NCBI RefSeq assembly: GCF_037042905.1
Contig: NC_087252.1
Span: forward strand, 5,148,001 to 5,212,000
Direction of reading: 5' to 3'
Origin: Lytechinus pictus
Lineage: Eukaryota
Length of the DNA: 64,000 nt
In this document: piece by piece, positions 12,752-24,305 of the stretch
How the letters are laid out: each line of letters begins with the position of its first letter
How positions within the stretch are numbered: position 1 is the first letter of the stretch
Translations under genes and position numbers: made by a program
Notes under the pieces: model-generated
What the model was told of the DNA's origin: nothing
The model's database searches: none
The model's input: only the letters and a program-made list of their open reading frames with translations

Positions 12752-13789
12752 CTGTCAATTAGAATGCAACAAATGTACCTGAAAAATATTACAATGAAAA
12801 AAAGTATTGCGGCTCACACAGAGTACTGAGACTTTAACTTAATACAGAAGTGTTTAAGTTTCATATACCTAACGAGATGACGATACTTTTTTAGTCTGCT
12901 GGGCAAACCCTTCACTCGAGTTAAGGGTCTGAATGTTGTATTGGAACTGCAAGTTTTGTGTGTGCTAGTCTTTGCGTGGAGGCACACTTGTTGATCAAAG
13001 TTCCAATCAGGGTCTGCGCCTGCAGACTAATACTTTCCATTGCCATGTTGAATTACAGTTAGCGAATTAATATTTGTTGCAAAGTCGACTTTTAGAAATA
13101 TAGTTGTTGCAGTGTCAATTTTTAAAGTATGGAATGCTGGAATGAGTTTAATACGAAATTTGTCAACATGCAAACATTTGACTTTTTCAAGTCGACTTGG
13201 CAAGATAGGGTAATTAAGTCAAGTTGCAATAATGTATTAGAAGTAGACTGAGTAAGGTCTACACATGTACCACGAAAGAAAAAAAACCAACAACATATTT
13301 TAGGTTTTAATTGTAAATTTTACAGCTAAATATTACATTTCATTTCGCATGCATGAGAGAAAATTTCATTTCATTGCAACTGTTACATTTTCCGTCAGTT
13401 CAAACAATAAAAACTAAATAATGTATAAAAAATATAATCCAATCAAATCTATCCCATCATCATGATCATAAAAGTAATTTGAATGAAAAGAGAAAAAATC
13501 AAATAAAAATAACCATACGAATCGGATTAAAATAAGAAAGTTCATTGGATTGAAATTTCGCTTAATATTTGTATTAAACAGTAAAGCACAACATGCATAA
13601 TACCCAAATGAGAGACAACATACTTTTCTATTTGCTTTTTCAATATCATTATACAGTGTATTTCATTTATTGTAAATACACGTTTGATATGAAATAAAAC
13701 GTTCTTTTACGTTCCTAAGAAATTCATCTGATTGGTAGAAACCAATTCAAACAAAGTTTCATCTTTTTACAATCAATTTTAGTTTCTAA

Positions 13790-15150
13790 GGGGTTTGCAG
13801 GGGAAATCACCAATTTCACTTTGAACAAGGATGAACTATTGGTTTCCTTAGATGTAGTGAGTCTGTTCGCTAACACTCCTACTGATCAGTTTTTCATTGC
13901 ATGTTGTAAGAGACCGTCTCTTTAATGACATCACACTGAAAGAAAAGATTAAAATAAATGTTGACAATATTGTCAGGCTCCTAATTTTGTCCTCACAACC
14001 TATTTCAAAATTGATGGAACCATATATCGTCAGAAGTTTGGAATAGCTATGGGCAGTCCAGTCTCTTCCACCGTGTACAGCTTTTTTATGGAGAACTGTG
14101 GAAGTAGCATTCTTTCTACTGCACCATCTTCTATCAAACATAGACTTTGCAGAACATATTTTGATGACGTTCTGGCCATAGTGATAGAAAGGTGTGCGGA
14201 TCAACTTAAGGACCACTTGAATCATGCAGACCTCACGGGAAGCATCAGATTCACACACGAATTGGAGAAAGAGTTTTTCTTGGCACCAGAATAGTGAAAA
14301 GAGAAGATGAAAGTGTGAAGCGTTTGGAAGAAAGCACACACCGGCCAATATCTGCACTTCCACTTTACATTACCCTCTCCATCAGAAACCTGAAATCTAT
14401 CACACTCTTTTTGACAGGGGACATAGCACTGTCTCAGAACCAGATGATGTTAAGACTGATGATGTCTTCATCAAAATCAAGCCTTAATATCCTTTTCCAG
14501 ACTAGAATTTTCAGAAGACAGAAGAACTGATTGAGCCGTTAGCCGGGACTCAAAAGGCAAATCATAGTGAAAATACCAGGAGGAAACTATGGTTACTATT
14601 CATTTTATTAAGGGTACATCTGAAGCCATACAGAGGACCTTCAAAAGTATAATGTATCAACCACTATGCGCCCTCTTTCTAAAATTAGGACATTCTTAGT
14701 CGACCTAAATGACAAGAGATCAACGGGTGACTCAACAGGGGTGGTATACCAAATTCATTGCCAGGAGTGCAACAAGTAGTATGTTGGGGAAACTCTAAGG
14801 AAGTTTTGAATAAGGAAGGCTGGACTCAAACAAGAAGCAGAGAATCCAGCTTACCAAAGCCCACTTCACAAGATCGAGAAAGAAGAACGCTGAGTCGATC
14901 CTTTCTAAGTCAGCGATTAGTCACCATGTAGCCCCAAGGAACCACACAATAAACTGGGATAAGAGCCAGATCCCAGCTAGAGATGACAATGTATAAACAA
15001 GATTGATTAGAGAGGCGATTCACATCCAGAAGAACCATGCACATTACATGAACATAGACGCTGGATGATCAGATATAAACGTTATATTCTCACAGACTTC
15101 CGCGCTGCCTATACTATACTACCCCATCTACGGCGATTCAGTGCTAGTCT
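13790..15150 (+). mobile_element. Decayed Penelope-like retroelement (RT plus GIY-YIG), intronic
   Basis: LVSLDVVSLF, MGSPVS, YFDD, GVVYQIHCQECNK*YVGET and IREAIHI motifs, spread across frameshifts and stops. Confidence 0.85.
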
Positions 15151-15886
15151 GAAGGGCTCATGCGCGTAAAACATTTCCCATAGACATGTGTGTTAAAAAA
15201 AATTCATAAAAAATAAAGTTGAAATTAGAGGGTTGAATGTTTACTATCAGTGAATAAGATCAGACATTCTATATCTGACCAGAAAAAGGTACCTTAATCA
15301 TCTAAATTTCAAAATAAATAGGCGTTTATGAAGACATCTCCTGAAACAGTTAAGTAGCCCTAATTTTTCAGCCAGCAAAAAATAGTTCCAAAGTCTTGGG
15401 CAAAGGAAGTTCAGCAGTTGCCTTCCTGTAATCAGTGTAAGACGGCCAATCATATTCATACACTTTTGTCAGTCAGCAATATCAAATTGTAAAAAAAAAT
15501 TGGGAATGGGTTGGGTCAAATGAATATCTTTTGCCTTCTCGCTGTAATAAGGCTCGTGGGTCGTGGCACCTGAAGAAGCCTGCAGAAATGAGTAGGCAAA
15601 AGCTCACATAGGTAAAAACCAAACTGGATTGTTAAAAGATTAAAATTTGTTTGAATTGGTTTTACAATATTTGATATGAAACATTTTAATATAATATTTA
15701 GTATTTGACATAACATAATGCAAAATTCTTAGTGAATGAATGAAACCATTAAATTTGTTTTTGTTCGTTGTTCGATAAAAAATTATGGATGTAATAAAGC
15801 AAGACTCATCAATAAAGGTATTTGTCAATGTGCCCACAACGTTATACACCAAAATCTAATATGGATAATTATTGATCGGGATATAC

Positions 15887-16122
15887 CTGAATTTGGGAAG
15901 AAATATTGAACAGCCCATCTTTCTCCTGCATATGCTGAATTTCATGTTTCGGTACTCTTCCATCATTTCTAACCCATGTCAGACCTGGTGGAGGTCGAAC
16001 GTGGTAGACCGCACAGCTCAGTATTATATCATCTGGCGAGTTCTCATCAATGACATAGATGCATCTCCCTGGTGCTGTGACGTTACAAGACTCAATGATT
16101 GGTTCACGGGGCTCTGCCAAAG
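15887..16122 (-). CDS. Ig-TM gene exon 2: N-terminal part of a C2-set-like Ig domain
   Basis: TTATTAG|...CAG|GTATAT, 236 nt, phase 1-0. ...IILSCAVYHVRPPPGLTWVRND...KDGLFNISSQIQ. Confidence 0.85.
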
Positions 16123-16685
16123 CTAATAACACAAGTTGATAGTTTAGATGTTTAAAAACTTATAGTGCATATATGTGAATTGGAACATTATTTAATAGTG
16201 TTCATAAAGTGAGGTAAAATTGACTAACATGTTGAATGAACCTCTTTCTATTCCAATGATAACGATTTTGTTAAAAAAATATAAACATTCTGAGATTTAG
16301 AGCTCGGTAATGATTATGTCAAAGAAAATCGAAAGCTTCGGCTTGATTTTAAATCAACATCATGGTCCATGGGCCGTGGTGAATGTCTTAATTAATTTTA
16401 ATGAAATGCATATTAAGAAGTATAATATTGTCCAAATGAATCAAGGTACCCTGATTATGTTGATTTGCAATATTGAGGGTTCTTCTTTCATCTCGTTCAG
16501 CAGTGTGATATTCCTGAATGGACCTTCACATTACAATATTATGATTGAAAGCACAAAGATCTGGTTGTTTAATTGATCTCTTACATATCTTTTCATTATG
16601 CAGGAGGTTAAGCTAATTATAACTTATTTAGATTTGATTAATGTAATAGCCCAGTTACTGATGTTACTCCACTTTGATCTCTTAC

Positions 16686-17009
16686 CTACAACACTCAACT
16701 CCGTATAGCCTCTTTTGTCCGCTAACGCTATCGGTACAACAAGGGATGAGTAGGTCGTCTCGTCGTGAACAGTGATGTTTCTAATGATCAAGCTGTAATC
16801 CTTGGTGATGCTGAACCTCTCAAAGCCCGGTACAGGATCTGTAATACCCTGATAGTCTCGGGCTACGAGCGATGCTCCGACGTCTGGTGCTCCAGTGAAG
16901 TTGTGTTTGTACCAGTAGACTGCATGTGCAGGAACGGAGAAATAACAGGGTAGGGAAATATTTCCGCCTCGCACCGCTGTTAAAGACTCCTCTGTGTGAA
17001 GGCGGAATG
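16686..17009 (-). CDS. Ig-TM gene exon 1 of those identified: V-set Ig domain (signal-peptide exon not located)
   Basis: CTCACAG|...|GTAAG, 324 nt, phase 1-1. GGNISLPCYF...VYWYK...RFSITKDYSLIIRNITVHDETTYSSLV...TELSV. Confidence 0.88.
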
Positions 17010-17053
17010 CTGTGAGAGCAAAAGTACAATAATTTCTGTAATATATATATATA

Positions 17054-17993
17054 CAGTGCTTATAAAAAAAGTTTACACTTAGAAAAAAATCCTGTAATAT
17101 CCTAAAGATTTTTCCACATTTTAACATTGCTACAGATCAATTTAAGCAACTGACGATATAACTGTCAAAAAATATTTCCGCTTGAGTGAGCACCACTTAC
17201 TTTTGAAAAGTTAGTGAAAAATGATTTGCGCATAACTTTGAAATAGTTATGCGAATGAAGAACACGTTGAATTTAGCTAGTAAAATTGATTTGAAGATAT
17301 ATTTTACCTTTTAACTTGTTTCCTTGCCCAAAACATCTCGAAGAGTGCATTGCGCCCCACCCCACTCCCCCACACACCGATGCCATCGTGACGATATTTG
17401 CTTTACACTGAGCTGTGATGTACATGAAATGGCTTAGGCTTGATTTTCATCTTGTTAATCATTGTCAAGCTTAGAAAAAGTGTGAAGAAACAAGTATTAA
17501 ATAAAAATGAAATGTAAACACACTTTAAATGATAAAAACTTAGTGAAAAAATGCTGGAGACGTCTGATATAAACTTTTGTTCAGATTTAGTTATGTCTTC
17601 AGATCCAGCTGGCACAAAAAGGGTAAAGGTTGTGCTTACTAAGTTTAGAAATTTCAATTTGGGTGGCAAAATTGTTACAAAATGCTTGAATGTATCTGTT
17701 TTATTTCAATTGACTAAAAGTGCAAGTGTATGAGAAATGTTTCGCAGGGTAAATTTGATTTCGCCCCTTTCCCTTGACACAGCGTGAAAACGAGCATTTC
17801 TGCGCAAACAGAATTCTGCGAGCATTACAAAAATGGACAGTGCTCACTCAAGTGTATCATTCTGTCAAAACTTTTACTTTCATTGGATGGATGAGACTCA
17901 AACCTAAGATTATACGTGAAAAAAATACCCACATGTTGTATATTTTTAATTCCCAGGGCTTTTTCAAAGTGTAAATTTTTTTGATACGCACTG
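17054..17993. mobile_element. Tc1/mariner-type non-autonomous element
   Basis: TA|CAGTGCTTATAAAAAAAG...TTTTTTGATACGCACTG|TA, inserted in a TA run. Confidence 0.75.
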
Positions 17994-18272
17994 TATATAT
18001 TTTTTCAACATATTTTGTTAATTTTTCATCCAAAATCGATTAAATAAACGCAAAGTAAATATTTACACAAAGTTTACCAATCTTCATTACGAGCATGACT
18101 AGTGTACAAAATTAGTTTTACAATGGTATACGTGGCTTAAATCAAGGTTCCCCAGAGCTACATACCCTTTGGAAACTTTGGTGTTTGGTGAGGCCGAAAA
18201 AATCTCTCTGACGGGAATCGAACATTGACCCCCAGCATAGAATGCTTGTGTCTTAACCACTAGACCACAGAG

Positions 18273-21200
18273 GTATGAGGCGCCGAATGTACCAATATTA
18301 TATAGAACAATTATTTGTTATATAATCATTATTTATTAAATAATAACTATTATTTATATATAATTTACATTTTATTTGTAAATAACTACTATTATATAAA
18401 ATATCATTTCTAATTATTTATATATAATTCCAAGTAATACTTCATTATTTGTAAATAATAATAGTTCGACATTCCATTATTTATAAATAATGATTATTTG
18501 TTTTTCATTATTTATAAATAATGATTATTTGTTTTTCATTATTTATAAATAATGATTATTTGTTTTTCATTATTTACAAATAATGATTATTTGTTTTTCA
18601 TTATTTATAAATAATGATTATTTGTTTTTCATTATTTATAAATAATGATTATTTGTTTTTCATTATTTACAAATAATGATTATTTGTTTTTCATTATTTA
18701 TAAATAATGATTATTTGTTTTTCATTATTTATAAATAATGATAATTGGTTTTTCATTATTTATAAATAATGATTATTTGTTTTTCATTATTTACAAATAA
18801 TGATTATTTGTTTTTCATTATTTATAAATAATTTGTTGAGTTTTCCATTATTTATAAATAATGATTATTTGTTAAATAATGAAAACGTCTACTTCATTAT
18901 TTATAAATAATTTTTTCGAGTGCACCATTATTCTCATTATTTATAAATAATCATTATTTAATGTTCGAGTTTTCCATTATTTATAAATAAAGATTATTTG
19001 TTAAATAATGAAATATCTACTTCATTATTTATAAATAATAATTTTGTTTCAATATCCCATTAATCATTATTTATAAACAATTGTTACAGTTTGCCATTAT
19101 ATACAAATAATCATTATTTATATACAAATAACCATTATTTATTAAATAATGCCATTATTTATTAAATAATGCCATTATTTATTAAATAATGGAAAACTCG
19201 CTATAACATGCAAATGTGGGACCGCCCATGATATGAATATTCATGATGCGATTTCCTTTTTCGTGATTTTTCTTCACAAATTTTTGTCCATTTCCTCTTC
19301 ATAATGACATTTCTTGAAGCAATTTTCTAGGGATATGGTCTGATTGTAATATTCTTCATTTTCTATATAACTTCGTCTTCGTAGAAATATCAAAAAGTGT
19401 AATTTCATACGATTTTTCCTACAGTTCACAATCCCCATAGGCGCGCGTGTACGGTAGGGACAACCGGTGAATCGACGGAGTGCTCTTCATCGAAATACTA
19501 CGTTGGTTGGTCCCCGGAAGTGGCGGGCGGAATTTAGCCCGAATCCTCGATGGAAGTCGATCAAGTGCATATGAGCTGAGAGAGTGAAATATCAGTGTAC
19601 TTGTACAGGCCCTTCTACTTTTTATAAATATTTCTTGTTGCTTTTTTTGTTAAGTTAATTTTTCCTGGTGTAGAGATAAGTTTCAGTTCTAATAATGCAC
19701 TTCAAATACATTTTGGAGTGTCTGTTTGAGGCGTTTGGGGCGATTTCACCCTGGCCCCAAAATGCTCGCAACGACAATACGGGGGCATGATGACCCCTAA
19801 ATTTTAAAAAACTTATTTTTCTATTGAAAATTATCACAAAATTCACCAAAAGTGTGCACGAAAGCCTTCGTATTTCACTTTTAAAACTCCAAAAAGTGCC
19901 CAAATGACAAGCTTGGTCGCTTCGCTGTGTCGCTTTCAACTTGAGAACGTTTACGCGTCTGCTTCCCCCCCGGGGCCCCCCTCCTCCGAAAGAAATTATG
20001 TATACGGCCATGCTCTAAAGAGCCTGGTACATTGATTTATGTATACTTCATTTTCATTATTTTTATCTCATTATCATCATGGCCTTACGCAGAATTTTTT
20101 CCGGGGGGGGGGTGGGGGGAGCAGGACGCGCGTAAACTTTCTCATAAAAATCTTGAAAAAGCGAAGCGACCAAGCTTGTCATTTGAGCTTGGTCGCGTCG
20201 CTGTCTCGCTTTCAAGATTTTTTTGAGAAACTTTACGCGCGTCCTAGCTGCTCCCCCCCCCCCGGTAAAAATTCTGTGTAAGGCCATGATGATAATGTGA
20301 TAAAAATAATGAAAATGAAAAGTACATATAAATCAATGTGCCATATGCTCTTTTGAGCATGGCCGTTCACAGAATTTCTTTCGGGGGGTGGGGGCAGACG
20401 CGCGTAAACGTTCTCAAGTTGAAAGCGAGACAGCGAAGCGACCAAGCTTGTCATTTGGGCTTGGTCCCGTGGCTGTCTCGCTTTCAAGATTTTTTTGAGA
20501 AAGTTTACGCGCGTCATGCTCCGGCCCCGGCCCCCCTGGAAAAAATTCTGCGTAAGGCCATGTTGATAATGAGATAAAAATAATGAAAATGAAAGTATAC
20601 ATAAATCAATGTGCCAGGCTCTTTAGAGCATGGCCGTATACAGAATTTCTTTCGGAGGAGGGGGGCCGGGGGATATATCGAAGCAGACGCGTAAACGTTC
20701 TCGTTGAATGCGACACAGCGAAGCGACCAAGCTTTTTGGAGTTTTAAAAGTGAAATACGAAGGCTTTCGTGCACACTTTTGGTGAATTTTGAGATAATTT
20801 TCAATAGAAAAATAAGTTTTTAAAAATTTAGGGGTCATCATGCCCCCGTATTGTCGTTGCGAGCATTTTGGGGCCAGGGTGAAATCGCCCCAAACGCCTC
20901 AAACAGACACTCCAAAATTTATTTGAAGTGCATTATTAGAACTGAAACTTATCTCTACACCAGGAAAAATTAACTTAACAAAAAAAGCAACAAGAAATAT
21001 TTATAAAAAGTAGAAGGGCCTGTACAAGTACACTGATATTTCACTCTCTCAGCTCATATGCACTTGATCGACTTCCATCGAGGATTCGGGCTAAATTCCG
21101 CCCGCCACTTCCGGGGACCAACCAACGTAGTATTTCGATGAAGAGCACTCCGTCGATTCACCGGTTGTCCCTACCGTACACGCGCGCCTATGGGGATTGT

Positions 21201-22395
21201 GAACTGTAGGAAAAATCGTATAAAATTACACTTTTTGATATTTCTACGAAGACGAAGTTATATAGAAAATGAAGAATATAACAATCAGACCATATCCCTA
21301 GAAAATTGCTTCAAGAAATGTCATTATGAAGAGGAAATGGACAAAAATTTGTGAAGAAAAATCACGAAAAAGGAAATCGCATCATGAATATTCATATCAT
21401 GGGCGGTCCCACATTTGCATGTTATAGCGAGTTTTCCATTATTTAATAAATAATGGCATTATTTAATAAATAATGGCATTATTTAATAAATAATGGCATT
21501 ATTTAATAAATAATGGCATTATTTAATAAATAATGGTTATTTGTATATAAATAATGATTATTTGTATATAATGGCAAACTGTAACAATTGTTTATAAATA
21601 ATGATTAATGGGATATTGAAACAAAATTATTATTTATAAATAATGAAGTAGATATTTCATTATTTAACAAATAATCTTTATTTATAAATAATGGAAAACT
21701 CGAACATTAAATAATGATTATTTATAAATAATGAGAATAATGGTGCACTCGAAAAAATTATTTATAAATAATGAAGTAGACGTTTTCATTATTTAACAAA
21801 TAATCATTATTTATAAATAATGGAAAACTCAACAAATTATTTATAAATAATGAAAAACAAATAATCATTATTTGTAAATAATGAAAAACAAATAATCATT
21901 ATTTATAAATAATGAAAAACCAATTATCATTATTTATAAATAATGAAAAACAAATAATCATTATTTATAAATAATGAAAAACAAATAATCATTATTTGTA
22001 AATAATGAAAAACAAATAATCATTATTTATAAATAATGAAAAACAAATAATCATTATTTATAAATAATGAAAAACAAATAATCATTATTTGTAAATAATG
22101 AAAAACAAATAATCATTATTTATAAATAATGAAAAACAAATAATCATTATTTATAAATAATGAAAAACAAATAATCATTATTTATAAATAATGGAATGTC
22201 GAACTATTATTATTTACAAATAATGAAGTATTACTTGGAATTATATATAAATAATTAGAAATGATATTTTATATAATAGTAGTTATTTACAAATAAAATG
22301 TAAATTATATATAAATAATAGTTATTATTTAATAAATAATGATTATATAACAAATAATTGTTCTATATAATATTGGTACATTCGGCGCCTCATAC
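18273..22395. mobile_element. 4,123-bp non-coding foldback (palindromic) element with 4-bp TSD AGAG
   Basis: AGAG|GTATGAGGCGCCGAATGTACC...GGTACATTCGGCGCCTCATAC|AGAG; arms ~1.9 kb. The empty site (GACCACAGAGACGGG) is seen in the intact repeat copies near 63343-63357 on the minus strand. Confidence 0.92.
18475..18835 (+). repeat. 31-bp AT-rich tandem array in the left foldback arm (mirror at ~21835-22195)
   Basis: Unit CATTATTTATAAATAATGATTATTTGTTTTT contains the 18-bp palindrome CATTATTTATAAATAATG. Confidence 0.9.
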
Positions 22396-23544
22396 AGAGG
22401 CGGGTCAGAGGCTAGGGCAAAATCGATCCGACTGACCGTCAGATAAACAGATTTTCGACCTCACCGATTTAATTTCCTTTGTCGGGTGTAGATGGGTTTT
22501 GAACAATGACAAGCCATCATGCCTCAGCTGGATCAAAGCAAATGCTTAGACACAGTACATTGCATGCAACATATTTCTCACATATACATGTAATACAAAT
22601 ATTCTGACTCCATTCCGACTCCTTTCCTGAATTTTTTTAATTCCCACGAATGAATTAATTCCCATTATGGCAACCATTATAGGTAATGATGCGTTTGTAA
22701 CTGTATGAGCCCTTATATATGCAAATGTGCCAATATTTACAAAAATAAAAAGGAAAGTCCTTGAATATAGAAAACCTAAAAAAAATATCGCCCAAACGCT
22801 AATCTGACATTCTTTGCTTAAGATATTAAAAACTCTTGCAGCCTCACGGTTACAAACTTATCTTAAAGAAAATATTTTATATTTAAAATTTTAGTCAGGT
22901 CATCGTCAGTTTTATGGTGTCGAAACCGCTCTTCTTAGGATAACGAATGGTGATATTGGTTTCATTGGACAAATTCGAGGAAGTTATCCTCACATTAGGT
23001 TATCCTTACCTTGTTAGATTTTTTTCAGCTGCCTTCGACACTAAAGACATGACATTCTTTCAAAACGCTTAGAACATACATTTTGAATTAGCGACAAGGT
23101 TTTGAAGTGATTCCAATCATATCTTTTGGACCGAAGTCACGGTGTTGTAGGAAATTAGCGAATTGAGGTACCTTTTCAAATTTCCAACAACAAAATATGT
23201 CGCCCTCTACGTTCAAACTAAGTAATACATTTCAAGATACTATACATGACCTGAGTAGTGGTCAGGAGGAACAACTCATTATGCTACAATGTATCTATAG
23301 TACACCCCTATAAACACATGTTTAATATATATGTATATTTATTATATACATGTATGTATGTTCATTATATATGTATGCCAATGTATATATTTCTTTGTCG
23401 CAGGCACGGTTCTGGACTTGACTTGTATTTTATTTTTAAACGATTTTTTTTTCTTAATTTGGTGGATTCATAATATACGGTGCGTCATCTATCGGTTGGA
23501 GCCACGGAAATATTACATGATGTGCATAATGTATAAGAGTTTAA

Positions 23545-24129
23545 AGGAGAATGAAACCCTTGAAACCAGCTGAATCCATATCAAAGAAAAAAAATCAAAG
23601 AAACATATTGTTGAAAGTTTGAGGAAGATTGAATGAATAATAAGAAAGTTATGAGCATTTGAATATTGAGATCACTAATGCCATGTAGATCCTCCCATTG
23701 GCAATGCGACCAAGATCTGTGGTGTCACACACGTACAACTCCCTCATTACTTTAGTACTTATTTCACTTATATTCTCACTTTTATAGAGTCTATCACAAG
23801 GTGAGGTGTTCTCTTTATGAGAGGACAAGTACAGAGGTTTCACAACATTATATCATTGATGAATCGTTTGTCATATGATTAGAATGAGCAAAAAGAGATG
23901 TTTTGGGGTATATTTTCAGTGTCCAAAAGGGGAGAGTTGTTCATCTGCGACATCATAGATCTTGGTCGCATTGCCAATAGGAGGATCTCCATAGCATTAG
24001 TGATCTCGACATTCAAATGCTCATAACTCTTCTATTGCTAGTCCTACTTTACTCAAACTTTTGTTGATCTTATTCTTTGATTTTTCTGCTTTCACAAAAG
24101 CTAACTTGCTCCAAGAGTTTCATTCTCCT
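23545..24129. mobile_element. Kolobok-like non-autonomous element
   Basis: TTAA|AGGAGAATGAAAC...GTTTCATTCTCCT|TTAA, with long imperfect TIRs. Confidence 0.75.
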
Positions 24130-24249
24130 TTAAGTAATTTATTCGAATTATTCTTTACAATTGTTACTTTGTGAACTGTATTGTATGAATTTAATTTGAG
24201 AGAAAAAAAAAATAAATAAATAAAAGAAAGGGGAAAGCTGATCATACGT

Positions 24250-24305
24250 ACGGAACCAGTGTCGCCCGCGATCGTACATTGTCACGTGACTGCCGCCATC
24301 TTGCT
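24250..24305. promoter_or_regulatory. Promoter-like motif cluster (E-box plus YY1)
   Basis: GTCACGTGAC (24281-24290) next to GCCGCCATCTTG (24292-24303), in a CpG-rich patch upstream of the Ig gene. Confidence 0.4.

Larger units (their letters stand above)
18125..22560 (-). repeat. Diverged copy of the tRNA-containing repeat at 63291-63930, split by the foldback element
   Basis: 18125-18272 and 22400-22560 are colinear with the reverse complement of ~63595-63895. Confidence 0.8.

Noticed and set aside
18475..18835. 31-bp array (and the 16-bp array at 2567) as CRISPR
   Set aside because: Head-to-tail units with no unique spacers, no cas genes, and a eukaryotic context.
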